From the human T2T-CHM13v2.0 reference genome, Homo sapiens, in assembly GCF_009914755.1 (NCBI RefSeq), contig NC_060927.1: a DNA stretch of 64,000 nucleotides, one strand, 5' to 3'. Made by a program: the position numbers and the translations under genes. Under the pieces are notes generated by a model, which had not been told where the DNA came from, searched no databases, and was given only the letters and a program-made list of their open reading frames with translations. This document shows, piece after piece, positions 14,610 to 28,250 of the stretch (its first letter is position 1; the number at the start of each line of letters is the position of its first letter).

Positions 14610-17600
14610 TACCAAGACGAAGTAAGATGCACCTATTCTCTCCTCCTAACAAAAAGAGACAAAATAGCTGGTGGGATTCTAGGATGGAAGCAGTATATAC
14701 CTTTTTTGGACATACCACTAAGGCCCATTATCAAGTAATCTGAAAATCTCCCAGGTTTTAGAAAGACTTAGAAGAAAAGAAGTCTTTGAAATAGGTCTGG
14801 GCTTCTATATAAGCAGCTCTACCATTTTGACCATAATTCTCAGAAGAGCCATCCTGTTTGGATTTTATGTGGCACATAGGAGGGCTTTAGGGAACATTTG
14901 GCTAGCTCCTGTAGGTGATTCATGATGAGTCATGTTTTGGAATTAAGCTATTCTATCCTATACAGGTAACCATGCTCCTTTAAAAACAAAACCAAAAATC
15001 CACAACTTCTGGCTTCTTCCTAGACCCTAGTAGAGGTTGAATGCTTGACCGGAGTCTATCAAGTTACACTGCAGTCTGAGTTTCCAGGAATTGAGTATTG
15101 ACTGATCCATCAGCCCATAAGCTTGGGTGCACACAGCAGCATTTCATTAACAAATGAGAATGATATGTATGATTTAGGGCCCATACACGTCTTGAAGGCA
15201 CAAGTAAGTTGCATAAGCAAGTGGTCCCAGGTACCCACAGTCTCTACACCTAATACATTGCTTCTTCTGTGGGTAGATAAGCCATATCCACCACTTCATG
15301 AAGGGATTCCTTATAACTACTTGATTAAGAACAAAAGTTGGGACTGGTTTATAAATGGTTCTTCACAACAAGAGAGCACCCATCAAAAGTGAACAGCTAT
15401 AGCACTGCAGCCCCACTCGGGGGCTACATTAATAGAAGGGAACGTCTTCTACTCTAAAAGGATGAAGCAGTTCCATTTTGGAGGGTATTAATTAGCTGTC
15501 ACTTGTAATATTGCATATTGTTTTTGATATCTCCCTTTAAGAAATATAGATTAATTTAAGCAGTTCTTGGACACAGCATCCAAAGTGGTGAGGAGAATTT
15601 GAAGCTAGGCTATGCAAGAAATGTTAAAGTAACTGAAGGAATTTAATCTGGAGAAGAAAGCACTCAGGTAAGGGAAATAATAATTGGCCATACATTTTTT
15701 AAGGGTTAATTCTTCAGAAAAGCCGGTCTTAATTTTAAACTTTTCCGTGTAAGCTAGCAGTGACTTTGGGCAAGTTGTTTAAATACCTTGATCATCAGTT
15801 TCTGTATCTATAAAAAATGGAGTTATAAATTACTATTCCATTGTCTAACTTAAGAATTATAAAATGTGTGAAGATCCAGTGAGATAATAGTTGTAGAACA
15901 CTTTAATAAATTGGAAAATATTTTTAAAATTGTAAGTGGTTCTTTTCTTTATTATCAAAGGCATTTGTAAAGAAGCTAGTATATGCCAGTCACATACTAG
16001 AGTTTTCAAAAGATAAAAAGTCTAGTAAAGCCTAGTCTTTTTTTCCTCAGAACTTCCATGTTGAAACGTTAAGATAAGCATCAATATATAAGTAGCTACA
16101 AATATGTAAACAAAAACATAACCATAGAAACACACATGTGTACATGCGTACACACAGCACTAATAACACAAGATAGCTCTAGGTGCATGTGGAAGTAAAG
16201 GAAAGTCTTACCCAAATGACTTTTAAAAAATAAAGAGAACTTATTGGAGCACACATACAAAAAAATACAATGGTGAGGTTTTTTTTTTTAAATTAAGGTT
16301 AATATTGTACTTTAGTAAGTACACAAAATACCCAATTTTATTACATCTCTCCACTCTGCCGTCTACAACACAGGCTTTCAAACTGCAGAGAAAATCTTAA
16401 TATGATTGACAAAAGCTCTCAAGACTACCTCTTCATCCACTATGAGAACTATCAGATGTCCCAGTAATGCCCAGAGAAGTTTATGGTCATGTGACCGTAG
16501 GTGAACCAATCCCTATGTCCAGGGGATGGTATATTCTAATTGGCTTAATCCATTCTAATATCATTCCTGAACTGGAAATGGAGTCAATTTCAACCACACT
16601 GCTGAGAATACACAGAGAGGTGGTTTACTCAAAGTTTGTGTTAGAAAAGAGGAACTGGGAGAGAAAGAGGAAAAAGGAGGGGAGAATGAAAACGGAAGGC
16701 AGCAGCAACAACTTCGGAAATCAGTTTGCTGCAATAAAACAAGCAACCCATAAGTAAGTGTTTGGCATTTCCCATAAGAGAAAGAGCCTGACAGCCAAGG
16801 AGTTCCAGGAGACTTTGCAAAGACTGTAGAACTTGATTAGGGTCTTACACAGGGATCCGTCATGCTAATCCATGTATAATTACAAACAAAAATGATGATG
16901 AACAAGGGGGTGGTGAGAAGTTTAGTAAAATCATTACTTTCCCTCCTTGTTTGGGGGGCGAGTAAATGTACATGGAAAAGTGAGGGGAAAATTATGTCCT
17001 TGTTTAACTTTTGAATTTTGTCTCTTATGATGCGCATTTTGTAGCTGAACAAATTGATACCCAAGGACAGCAGTTTTAGGGGAGTTCGTCATCTGACCTT
17101 CATGAAGCATTGGAAATAAAAATGTACTTTCAGGTTTTTTATACAGGAAAGATAGGATTAAGCAGCAATTAACTACAAATGCATTATCTTTTTTAACTAT
17201 TTGAACTTTACCTTAAATGTCTAAATTTCCTTGAAATAGTATTTATATTAATAGTACTATTTAATATCTGGATAACAACTTCATCATCCTAATGTACCAT
17301 ATTCTGAAGACATGTGAAGCTAATAGAAATAAAATGACAATTTCTATGACCTAGAATATTTATATGAGACCCTTTACTACTTACGTGACCTAGAATGTTC
17401 ATATGAGACCCTGGGAGGTATATCAAATCCAATGGCATAAATGCTTACTTATATAAAAGTTAATCTCATTTATAAATTTCAAAAAAGAAATACTCAGGTC
17501 TCCAGACTTCAGCTCAGGACAACTTTTTACAGGTACATCTACAAGGTCAGAGGGTGAAAGACATGGCTACTACCCAGTCATGACGGAGGCAGATATCATG

Positions 17601-20600
17601 GCCTGTGCAGCAAAGACTGTGGCCAGTCAATTTGTAGTTGCTTCAAGCTAAATGTGCCCGCATCCTGAGTTGTACTAAAATCTGTGTATGAGGAATTGAA
17701 TGAGAAGAGGGGTGCTTAAAACCAGAGGTCACTGATTTTATTTTTTATTTGTTTATCCATTCATTCATTTAGTAAAGTTAAAGCTATGACATTGAATATA
17801 TGAGAAGAAAGGTTACAAACAATTTCTTGGAAATAATGCCCCTAATAAAGTCACAAAATTAAATCCAAATCCCAGAGCCTAAATCACTTTCTCCTCTAAC
17901 AATAATAGAGTAGTAATACCCATTTGGATTATAAATTGAAGAGCTAAGTTAGATGGCCTGGAGCTGATCTATTCTTAATTTGCCCAGCAAGTTACAATTT
18001 TCCTTTAACTCTCCTCTTTTCCTTAACATACAGTAGGAAGAGCACTGGATTGGAAATCAGATGACCTGGTTTCATCTCTACCTTTAAGCAGCTGGGGACA
18101 TCTTTGGCAAGTTACTTAAACTCTTTGATTCTCAGCTTCTTCATATGCAAAAGAGAAATATTAACTCATTTCAAGCTAATGTAGATTATGTTATCAAAGT
18201 GTATACTACATCATTATACCTATAACTTATTCATTTCATCCAGAATAAAACCACTTAGCCTTCTAAAACATAATTAAAAACTAATAAGAAGAATAGTTTA
18301 GTGAGAGAGACAGAGAGAGAGAGAGGAGTCATTGACAGCTTTTCCTAGCTCCTACAGGAGTCATTTCCTAGCACTCTGTACAAACCTCCATTATAGCATT
18401 TGGTTATTTTTTATGAATGTGTGTTACCTATTAGACTCAACTTCCTGAAAGCAGGGTCCTTGACATATAAACTTTGTTTCCCAGTTTCCAGCACATCCCT
18501 GACATTGAGGCACATTTTAGATAATAAAAAGCAGAACCCCTGGAATTAAAGCATTCATTCTCATTTACTAAACAGTCAGAGGTGTGATCATCAAAGTGTT
18601 TCCTTCTTAGTTTTGTGGTTGTGAACCATGACTGATTTGAAGACTACCTCTCAAGGCACTACTCTTTATTTTAAAAATTTTCTATTTTCTGGGACAGCCC
18701 CTTTTTTTCCACTCCAGGACAGAAACATCCTCTATTTCTTGGGTCTAATCTAGTGAAAGACAGTGCCTTGAGTTTCTTTTCTTCCTATTCAATGCCTTTA
18801 CCACTTCTTCCTAATGTACAAGTTATTTTGTACCAATTGTCTTGTCCCCTTTCAGAAGAAAACAGATTGTTTAGTGGAGGGTAAGTAATATCCAGGAACA
18901 AAATTAGTATTCACATCAGACTAATAAAACATAGTAGTTATCCAGAATCGTAGATTCCTTGAGGGGCAGTGTAGTGGAATAATCAAAATAACCCTGAGAC
19001 AGGAGAGAGAGAGTCTAGCTTTGTTCAAACTCTGTGTCAACTTACTGTTATCTTAGACAGATACCTTAGTCTCTCCAAGTCATCTTGCAGTAATATAAGT
19101 GGTGAGGACAATATCATTTCTGAGCCTCCTTTCATATTGGATACTTAGAATTAAAGGTATACGTTGTGTCACTATAAAACTGAATTGTCGGTATGTTGAG
19201 AATAGTTTCAGCCAAAGCCAAGAAAATTTGCCAGGTATTAGGGCCAAAAATGGATCTACATGATCTTGAAATAAACAAATGTGAGAAAAGGGTTAGTGAA
19301 TCTAATTTTCTATAACAGTGAGCCCCATAGTTGGTGGACAGTTAAGCAGCCCTACCGAGGGCTTTGTACCATGGTTAAGGAAAATTGAACGGGTTGAAGC
19401 TTCCAAAATGACTGAGTCTGCTAACCACATGCTTCAGTGGTTATTAAAATCATAACCATGTGCTATTTCTGTCATGACACTAGCATCACATAGAATGGCC
19501 ACTAATGTCGTTTTCCTATGCCAACTAAAGCAATAAGAATGTTGCCTCCTAGTAAATAGAGGTTTATTTCACTAGACACTGTAAGTTCATAGATCATTCA
19601 TTCACTTTTTCAATGAGCACTGAGACACTATTATACATAAGACACTATATGAGATACTGAGTGGACCATACATATGAATCAGACAGATATCTATTCAAAG
19701 TAAGTTCACACACAAACACTCACTCACTCTCCTGCATGCATTCATACAATGATCATGAATGGTTCAAAGTGATAAGTAAGCAACATGAAAGAGACACAAA
19801 TTAAGACACATATCAGAGAAGGCAGATATTCCACCTGAGGGTATAAAGCAAGAATTTTATGGGCAAGAAGTATGTAATATGGACCTTCAAGGCTAGATTA
19901 GGTTTGTCCTGTGGAAACAGCAGGAAGTAGCAAAGGCAAAGAAAGAGAGGCTGGAAAACAACCCATGTATGAGAAAAAAGTTGACATCAGTTGTAACATC
20001 TAACATTTATTTACTGTTCAGCATGTACTAAGAACTTTAAATACATGGTCTCAGTGAATCCTCATAAATGCAAGGGATTAGTTCTGCTGTATGCCTATTT
20101 TCAGGTGGGGAAAGTAAGGTCCAGGAGTAAAGAATACCTAACCCATTTTTTTCCATTAAAAGAAATACCAGGCTGCTCAGGATGGCTGAAGCACATGGTT
20201 GTGGCATGGAAGAAGGAAAATATATAGATGATTCACTCTGGATGGATAATAAACAGGCTAGAATGCTAGACTCTTTCAGTGAATCAGACTTAAAAGGAAC
20301 TCAAATAAACTAAATAGGAAGTAAAAAGTAAGACCCTCTGTATATGTAAAATAAAACAAAGCAAAACAAAGCTATACTCTACATATTAATTAAAACAGCC
20401 CAAGATCAGCAATCCTTGAGCACCCTTTTCAATGTCAAAGCACAAAGTGGCAGTCCTCAGTCACAGCTGAAAGAGATGTGAGTGCCTTTTCTAATACAAC
20501 CCTCTGCTTACAGAAATGGGCAAACTGAGGCTGAAAGTTGATTATGTTCAGATGTTTTACTCAATTTAAGCTTTAAATTAAAAATATGTATATATGTGAG

Positions 20601-20615
20601 CATATGACTACATAA

Positions 20616-20918
<303 letters not shown>

Positions 20919-22384
20919 GCCAATTATTTTCATACTACTATTGAGAACTGACAACAAAGATGGTACTAAAAACTCGAAATCCCCTGACACTCATACACAG
21001 CCCAGAAAATCATTAAGTTGTGTTCTCATCTGTGCTGTAATTATAATATGATGCTGTTACTCCACTGAATTTTTTGGTAGCCAGTGTACATAAGGCCTTT
21101 GGCACAGACAGATCCCATAAGTGGACATGCATTAATCCCCACACCTAAATGTCTTGCAAATAAAAGGTATACCAGAACATCAAAGGATGTTCTGTTTTCA
21201 CAGAGATTAGTAAAGTGGCTTGGCTTTTTTTCTTTTGTTTGATCAGCTGTTAGAAATTAACTTCCTCTAAGCCAACCACATTCAAATGTGTATTATCTAA
21301 CACAAATATTTTCTATAAAATATTAAGCTCCTCTTAAATGTTTATATGATACTATCAGTTAGTTTATACTACAAGGATTTATATTGAGCATACATATTTA
21401 TGTTTGGTTTTTATTCCAGTAGCTATGCAGAAATGCAGTTGATAGCTAAAACACACATCCCCCAAAGGATATCTCTTTAGGTCTCAGGAAGTTAAATTAG
21501 CAATGTTTACATTCTGTCTTGAGTGATCCCATTTAGCATGTTGTTATAAGACTATCACCTTTACTGAGTGTTTAAGAATAATTTTTGTGTTTTTATTTGA
21601 CTCCCATATTGATAGAATTAAGAGAAGACTTGAGATATCTCCTTCAGCTATTTCATAATTATGATTTTGAGCTCCAATACCTGCAATATAGATAGCACTC
21701 AGTGAGGTAAGCCAATATGCATTTCTTGCAACCTATAGTACTTCCAGAAGGAATCTTATAATAAAAGTGATATTTCTCCCTGAGAAAAAATATCTTAAAA
21801 GCTTGCTTTTAAAACAGTCATTTAGCACTGTTCAATTAGAGAGGATTGTCAAAGAAGACACAAAAGCAATGGTATTTCTCTAGATAAATGTTTACAAACT
21901 AGAAACAAATTCAGAACCTCATTTTAGCTATTTAAGTCAGATTTTTTCTCAACCACCAAATGACTTTGTTCCTTCCATCTTTTCATATGTTATGTATTTT
22001 ACATATCAACCTGGTAGATAGTTGGATTTTTCAGCCTAACTATTCACACACACTCATTTCAATAGTCCAACATATAATTTAGGTGTACTTAATATGTAAT
22101 TAATGTTTATGTCAGCCTCTCCCAGTAATTATCATTGAATTAAAGTTTGAATGCATAGAGTTATGTGAAATTATTTCTGTTTAAAATGACTCATGTTATA
22201 ATAGTTATCATTTAAAATGTAAACTTTATTGCCACCGAGAATTTTAAATAGATGTTTGTGAACATTGGAGTACCTATCTCAAATAACTTTACTGAAACCG
22301 CCACTCAAGCTTATTATGTATTATTGAACAAAAAGATTTACTCAATAGAAACCAAATTCACATTTTTCATAATTTCACCATAAT

Positions 22385-22390
22385 TTTATT
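22385..22390 (-). terminator. SST: SST polyadenylation signal AATAAA
   Basis: + strand tttatt about 125 nt downstream of the stop codon. Confidence 0.85.
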
Positions 22391-22515
22391 TTGTATTTAC
22401 AGTTTTCAGTTTCTAATGCAAGGGTCTCGCTGAAGACTTGGAGGATTAGGGAAGAGAGATGGGGTGTGGGGGCGAGGGATCAGAGGTCTGATATGGACAA
22501 TACTAGTTAAGAAAG

Positions 22516-22728
22516 CTAACAGGATGTGAAAGTCTTCCAGAAGAAATTCTTGCAGCCAGCTTTGCGTTCTCGGGGTGCCATAGCCGGGTTTGAGTTAGCA
22601 GATCTCTGCAGCTCAAGCCTCATTTCATCCTGCTCAGCAGCCTGGGACAGATCTTCAGGTTCCAGGGCATCATTCTCCGTCTGGTTGGGTTCAGACAGCA
22701 GCTCTGCCAAGAAGTACTTGGCCAGTTC
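22516..22728 (-). CDS. SST: Somatostatin precursor, coding exon 2 (aa 47-116; SST-28 at 22519-22602, SST-14 at 22519-22560)
   Basis: Polypyrimidine tract then CAG|GAA acceptor at 22729/22728. Translates [11 protein letters not shown]...[31 protein letters not shown] with TAG at 22516-22518. The two exons total 351 bp = 116 aa; intron 876 bp. Confidence 0.99.
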
Positions 22729-22980
22729 CTGTATAGGGCAGAAGGGATAGAAAAAGAGAGAAAGAGAAGTGGGGAGGACAATGGAAAAAATTTGAAAAGC
22801 CTAAATTAAAGAACAGATTTGGTCACACACAAAATCCAGTTTTTACAGCTGCGCATTTTTTGTCACATTTAAAATCAATCAAGGATATAAAAATAAGGAT
22901 AGTTGCTATAATTACCAAGTTACACAAAAAGGCTTTAAGAGCTCAAATGTTTCTGCAACCTTTCTGTCCCTGTAGACTTA

Positions 22981-23037
22981 ACACACACACACACACACAC
23001 ACACGCACAAACACACACACACACACACACACACACA
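22981..23037. repeat. Interrupted (CA)n microsatellite in the SST intron
   Basis: Two AC runs separated by gcacaa. Confidence 0.95.
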
Positions 23038-23266
23038 TAAAGACCGTTCTGGTAAGATAAAGTGTGTGCCAACAGTTTAATTCAATTTTCACATCACGAG
23101 CTACAAAGTAGAATTGTTTTACCATTTTTACCAAGTAAACTGTAGGGGAACGAGACTTCTCACAATCTCAAACATACGGCGTTCGGTCTTTAGATTGCCC
23201 CTTTGCCCTAGTCCCGACGTTTGGAAGTGAGGTACGCTAAGAGGTAGCAGCTTCAGAGGTCTGCGT

Positions 23267-23315
23267 TTCAGCACCTGGGTCAGCGCTTCCCAGGGTCAGC
23301 ACCAGGGATAGACGC
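23267..23315 (+). promoter_or_regulatory. Two tandem RE1/NRSE-like (REST) motifs in the SST intron
   Basis: TTCAGCACCTGGGTCAGCGCT (23267-23287, 17/21 match to TTCAGCACCACGGACAGCGCC) and GTCAGCACCAGGGATAGACGC (23295-23315). Confidence 0.65.
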
Positions 23316-23604
23316 CATTGTCGCTTCGTGCCCAGACAACTACCCAGATTTTGTAATTTTCTTGAATGCCAAGTAAGAACTCACCTGAACTGTGACCGAC
23401 TGCGCTTATCATGGGGGAAAAAAAGAGTTAGAAGGGGATTCTAGCCTTTGATAGTTTTCTCAAGAGCTTCGGGAGCTGAGGGACCCAGAAAAGCACCAAA
23501 ACTCTTTAGAAGGACTGAGCATCCCTTACGTCCAAACCAATGGGGCAGGAGCAAGGCTTAGGGAGGGCTGGAGAATCCGGGAGACGTCGAGGGAGTCTCC
23601 TTAC

Positions 23605-23742
23605 CTGCTTCCCCGCGGCAGCAGCCAGGGACTTCTGCAGAAACTGACGGAGTCTGGGGTCCGAGGGAGCGCCGGTGACACAGCCCAGGGCCAGGACGAT
23701 GGACAGCGCAGCCAGCGCGCACTGGAGGCGGCAGGACAGCAT
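23605..23742 (-). CDS. SST: Somatostatin precursor, coding exon 1 (aa 1-46: signal peptide and neuronostatin region)
   Basis: Translates [46 protein letters not shown]. 138 bp, ending at the donor CAG|GTAAGG (intron starts at 23604, phase 0). Confidence 0.99.
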
Positions 23743-23868
23743 CTCGGCGCCGCGAAAGCCGAGCTGGAGAGTGGCTGGTCAAACTCTAGGCGCGGATCAG
23801 CAGGCAGCAGCGATGGCTCCGAACCTCGCTCCTAAAGCGGCTTGTGTGCTCTCAACCGTCTCCCTCTG

Positions 23869-23875
23869 TTTTAAA
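23869..23875 (-). promoter_or_regulatory. SST: SST TATA-like box (TTTAAAA)
   Basis: Lies about 25 nt upstream of the likely TSS (~23847) and just downstream of the CRE, as in the known SST promoter. Confidence 0.85.
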
Positions 23876-23884
23876 CTCTCTCTC

Positions 23885-23892
23885 TGACGTCA
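23885..23892. promoter_or_regulatory. SST: cAMP response element TGACGTCA (prototype somatostatin CRE)
   Basis: Perfect 8-bp palindrome 10 bp upstream of the TATA-like box. Confidence 0.97.
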
Positions 23893-23924
23893 GGCTAGGA
23901 GGCGCCCCCAGATCTCACCAGCCC

Positions 23925-23960
23925 TTTTACGCACCATTAGCCTCGCAAAATCAATCACAG
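23925..23960 (-). promoter_or_regulatory. SST: SST upstream enhancer: TGATTGATT (Pbx/Prep-type) plus CTAATG (PDX1-type homeodomain site)
   Basis: Minus strand reads CTGTGATTGATTTTGCGAGGCTAATGGTGCGTAAA, matching the bipartite element described for the rodent gene. Confidence 0.75.
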
Positions 23961-23998
23961 AAGACAGGGGAGGTGACAAGATCTAAAGTGGCTTACTT

Positions 23999-24011
23999 AA
24001 AAAAAAAAAAA
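23999..24011. repeat. Poly(T) (A13 on +) tract in the SST promoter
   Basis: 13 consecutive A residues. Confidence 0.9.
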
Positions 24012-27000
24012 TACTGCACACGCACAGGCACACACAATTCCACATGCCCCACGATTTATACAATCTTTTATTTTCACTCAGTGCTATGAGCATACACATT
24101 CCACAATTTCACTCCCACACATGCACACTCAATTACACACAAACAGAGGCTCAAACACTCAGCTCTTAAAGAGCAAATACACTATCACCCTTAAATGCAC
24201 ACAAATGTACCCAGACAACTCCATCTGTCATCATACTCTAACATTTTAGGAAGGCCCAACAAGCAACAGGGCATGTGTATGGTAGGTGGAGATCAGAATC
24301 ATTCCTCTAATAACAGATTTGAGAATGAAATATGGACAGTAGAAGGACTGAGCCCTCTTTATTTCCTCCATTATCTCATAAAAAGCCTTGAAGATGTAAC
24401 GGGGCTCTAAAAGAACTTCACTTTTCTCTACAATGGGGGAGAAGGTACCTCTGGCTCACCCTCCCTCCCTCTTTCTCAGCAACTGAGACTTCTGATCTAC
24501 CTGCCTTTCTATTGTGACCATATATATGTATGAGTGTGTGTATATGTACGGGAGGGAAAGAGAGAGAGAGAGATTGAAATGGACTTCATTTTGGTGCTGA
24601 GAAATTTAGAGCTGGAAGGCAATCTAAGAAATTATTCAATAAACCTCAGAATTTGAATCAGTAAGGCAGAGTAATGGTCAGTAAATTGTTCTCCTTCACA
24701 TACTGCACACTTTGAGCAAAACCAGACCTCCACATTCCAAAGCCAGTGTTCCTTCTACTGAGCTCTGAGTTTTCTAACAGATTCCTGGCCGGTAAGCATA
24801 GTTTTATGTCAGGAAGCCCCAGTTTAGACATATAAGGTCTAGGAACTCCCAGAACATATGTGACCACTATTGTATATCTATATGTGGAAAGGATCAAAAG
24901 ATTCTTGGTTAAATTCAGCTCTGCCTGATCTCCTAGAAACAAAGAAAGTTTAAGAAAACCTGTCCTTGAATTCTGATTGAACTCTGGTTAAATGTTTACT
25001 GTTCAGGCCAGAGTTCTGACTGCTTTTATCTAAATAGTTCCTTACTGAGGAAGGACCAGCTAATTTCCTAGCATGGACGAGATGATCCCTACAGGATCTT
25101 TAAGAGCTGTTATCTTATGAGCTTCAAAAAAGCCAATATTAGCTAAAAAGATATGCTGCATCTCTGGAAACCATGCGAAGCTCATATTAGGTATTAAAAT
25201 ATTCTCAGTACTTAGACCCGAACCACAGTGTTGAGAGGCAGAAGGGTTTGGGAAGTATCCTGAATGGCTTGAATAATTGTCACTATTTCTTTTTGTGCTT
25301 GTAATCCAAGGCAAAGCGGAAATGCACAGCAAGAAGTGTTAAAGTTTCCAGGTCTTGACAAGGCCAGCCAAGACTAAGCACAAAGTGGGGCATTAAAAAG
25401 TCATTCACATGTGTTGGAGTAGTCTAAGAGATCAATGAATCTGGAGCTGTGGAACCCAGTCCTAGGAAATACATGTTATATTCTCTAAATCTTGCAACTC
25501 TCTCTGGCCTCTAAGGACTCAGAGTTTAGTTCTATCACTGTGACTGTCTCTAGGTACCTCCAAATGATCTCATATCTCCTGTACCCAGGATGTGGTCTTT
25601 GGCATACCCACTGAGTAGGAAACGAGGATTTTTCCAAAGCAGGAGCCAGCCGAAGAACAAATAGCAGCTCCCCATCTTCCCCTGTGCTCTAGGATCTCTT
25701 CTGTCTCCTTCCCCAGACGCTTGCTCCCCTCCTTCCACATCCTTGTGCTCTCCCTCTACACTTTCTCCTCCTTCTTATTCCTCCTTTTCCTTAACCTTTC
25801 TGCAAATTTATGTTTCAGAATTTTCCTCACTCAATCCTTCTTTTGTCTCCTCTCTTGACTCTGTATCCTCATTCCTTTGTTTTTCTTGCTCTTCTCAATC
25901 ATTTTCTGACTTTGGTTTGGGTCAGCCCGGCTCTTTCCCTGCCTTCTCACCCTGCTTAGCCAGTGCCTATCCCAGTCTCTGCCTCAAGACATCTCTCCCT
26001 CTCTTTTCTCTCCTCTTTTCTTTCTTCTTCCCTCCTCAACTGCTTCTCACCAAAAACAAACAAACAAAAAACCTCATGATGTCTATCTGTTTAAGTATCT
26101 ACTTATGAATAGTAAACAGTTGCTTCCCTCATACCCTGCTGAAGAGCTGAAGCTGTAAATGAGATGACTTAAGGGTTTTGCTTTTGTTGTTTTATAACTC
26201 CTGGAGAGTTATGAGTCTGAGAACCACTTATCAGAGAAGCCAGGACAAAAAGGGACATAAATTCTCCCTTAAGCCCTCCATGGCCAGTTATAGCTTAAAG
26301 GTTGGTTTAGCATGAAGCACTTCAAACTTTCCCAACCTGAGCCTTCTGTAATCAACCCCCAGGGCATCTCTCCCAAGTCTCAAAGCTGGAAGGGTAAAGT
26401 GTTTTGTGGTTGTATTGGGGACGCTATTGCCCAGACCAACCAAACTCACTAGGAATCCTTACCCAGTCCTCTGTTGCTCACAAAACACTTTCTCATCCAA
26501 CACTTCAGGGCATGCTATTCCCACCTCACAGAGGAGGAAACTGAGGTCCTGAGACCTTCAGTGCCTTACAAGAGGGCACACAGGCAGGAAGTGGCATGGT
26601 CACAGGGAGAATGTTACTTCACTTGAGAAAGCTTCATGATTCCCTGACTCAGAGATGCCAGAGATTCCTGGCCGAGCAGTCTGCAGCCGGGATACATGCA
26701 CCTCTAGAAGGCATCCAGGCCTCACCTCTTTCATGTGCAGCTTTTTCTGGACAGGATATGATTTCCCACCTCCCTTGTGGAACGTACATTTTGGAGTGAC
26801 TACCTGCCAATATAAGGAGTAGAAACTTATTTTAATAAAAAGCAACATAATCTGTGAATAGACATAGACATTCAATGTTAAGCAATGCAAGGAAGGAGAA
26901 AGTGTCTGTACTGGGAGTCAAGAGACCTGGGCTCTAGCCTGATTCTGCCACAACCAACTGTGGGACATCTTCTCTGGGCCTTGGTTCTTTATTTGCAAAA

Positions 27001-27389
27001 TAAAACTTGGCAGGTCATCTTTGTGGTTCCCTCCAGCTCTGATAATTAATGAGTATAAATTTGAGGAAATAAAAAGGCAAAGTAGAATATACTATTATGT
27101 TAAGATGTTATTATTCTCTCAAGATGAGAATTTTATATTGGAAAAGAACCTGGTTTTTACGTAATATCAGAAAGGAGGCTGAGTGCAGAGGACATTTCCC
27201 AGGCCTACTAGAAGATGTATTCTTGACTCTTGCTTCTGCTGCTGACCTGCCTTTCTCACTCTGGACCTCAATTTCTCCATCCTTAAAATTGATTCACTCA
27301 ACCTCTTTCTACAGCTAATTCCAGAGAAAATTTGCTAGACAGATGCCAATGATATAGCAGTGAACTGGATAGACAGAGTCCTCATGAGA

Positions 27390-28250
27390 AAGACAAAGAA
27401 TAAACATGTTAATCAACATGTATTAGGGTTAAAGCAAAGTATAGAGCATAATGGTAGGCGGAAGATACTTCTGAGGAGGAGCTCTTTGAACAGAGCTCTC
27501 TGAGGCAAGGGAGCTAGCCATGCAAATATCTGAATAAAGATATCTCCAACTCAGGTGGAAGGACGATCAATGCAAAGACCTGAGGCAGAAGTATGCTTGG
27601 TAGATGCAAAGAGCAGCAACAAGGCAAGGACTTGAACAGAGTGGTTAAAGTAGAGAGGGTTAGGAGATGAGGTCAGCAAGGCAGACCAGGAGCAGATCAC
27701 AGGAAGCCTTGAAGGCTGTGGCAGGGAAACCATTTTTGAGCAAGAAAACTGACCTGATTTGGTTCTTTTAAAAAATTCTTTTAAAAAAAGCCCTCTGCTT
27801 AGTGGGGAATTAATTGTAGGAGGGCAAGAGTTCAAGAAAGGAGATAAGCTAAGAGTCTAAGAAGTGTTTAAGAGAGAAGAGGAGCCAGGGCAAAAGGAAC
27901 ACAGATTTTCTTTGAAATGTCTCATGGCCAACTGTGTGGATTTGCATAAAGGGACTTTGAAACTTCCCAATACAAGCCCTTTGCTCCCAACCCTCAGGGC
28001 CCATCTCAATTCCCAAGTTCCAAAGGCTGGGAGCAGGGAGGTGTTTTGTGTTTTTTTACTGGGGATCTTGTGCTCTAGACCTAGTTCTGGTGACATAAGA
28101 TGATGTTTGGGGCTAAGGTGGTAGCCATGAAGAAGGTGAGGACTGGTTAGACTTAAAGTTCATTTTGAAGTATAGTAAGCAGGATACAATGATGGTTTAT
28201 TTGGATATCGAGTTAAGGAAATGAGAAGAACCATCAACAATGCCTAGAGA
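27390..28250 (+). mobile_element. L2 fragments
   Basis: tgcaaagacctgaggcag...gagatgaggtcag...ttttgagcaag motifs; interrupted near 27865-28075. Confidence 0.6.

Larger units (their letters stand above)
23170..23950. other. CpG-rich region/CpG island over the SST promoter, exon 1 and 5' intron
   Basis: Visibly dense CpG and GC content against the AT-rich flanks. Confidence 0.75.

Noticed and set aside
15123-15392. 89-aa ORF with a WFINGS motif as a possible domesticated retroviral gene
   Set aside because: A short remnant of ERVL pol; the catalytic Asp is lost and the surrounding frame is disrupted.
27520-27947. Two octamer motifs (ATGCAAAT 27520, ATTTGCAT 27940) upstream of SST
   Set aside because: 8-mers occur by chance at this window size, one lies in L2-derived sequence, and there is no other support.
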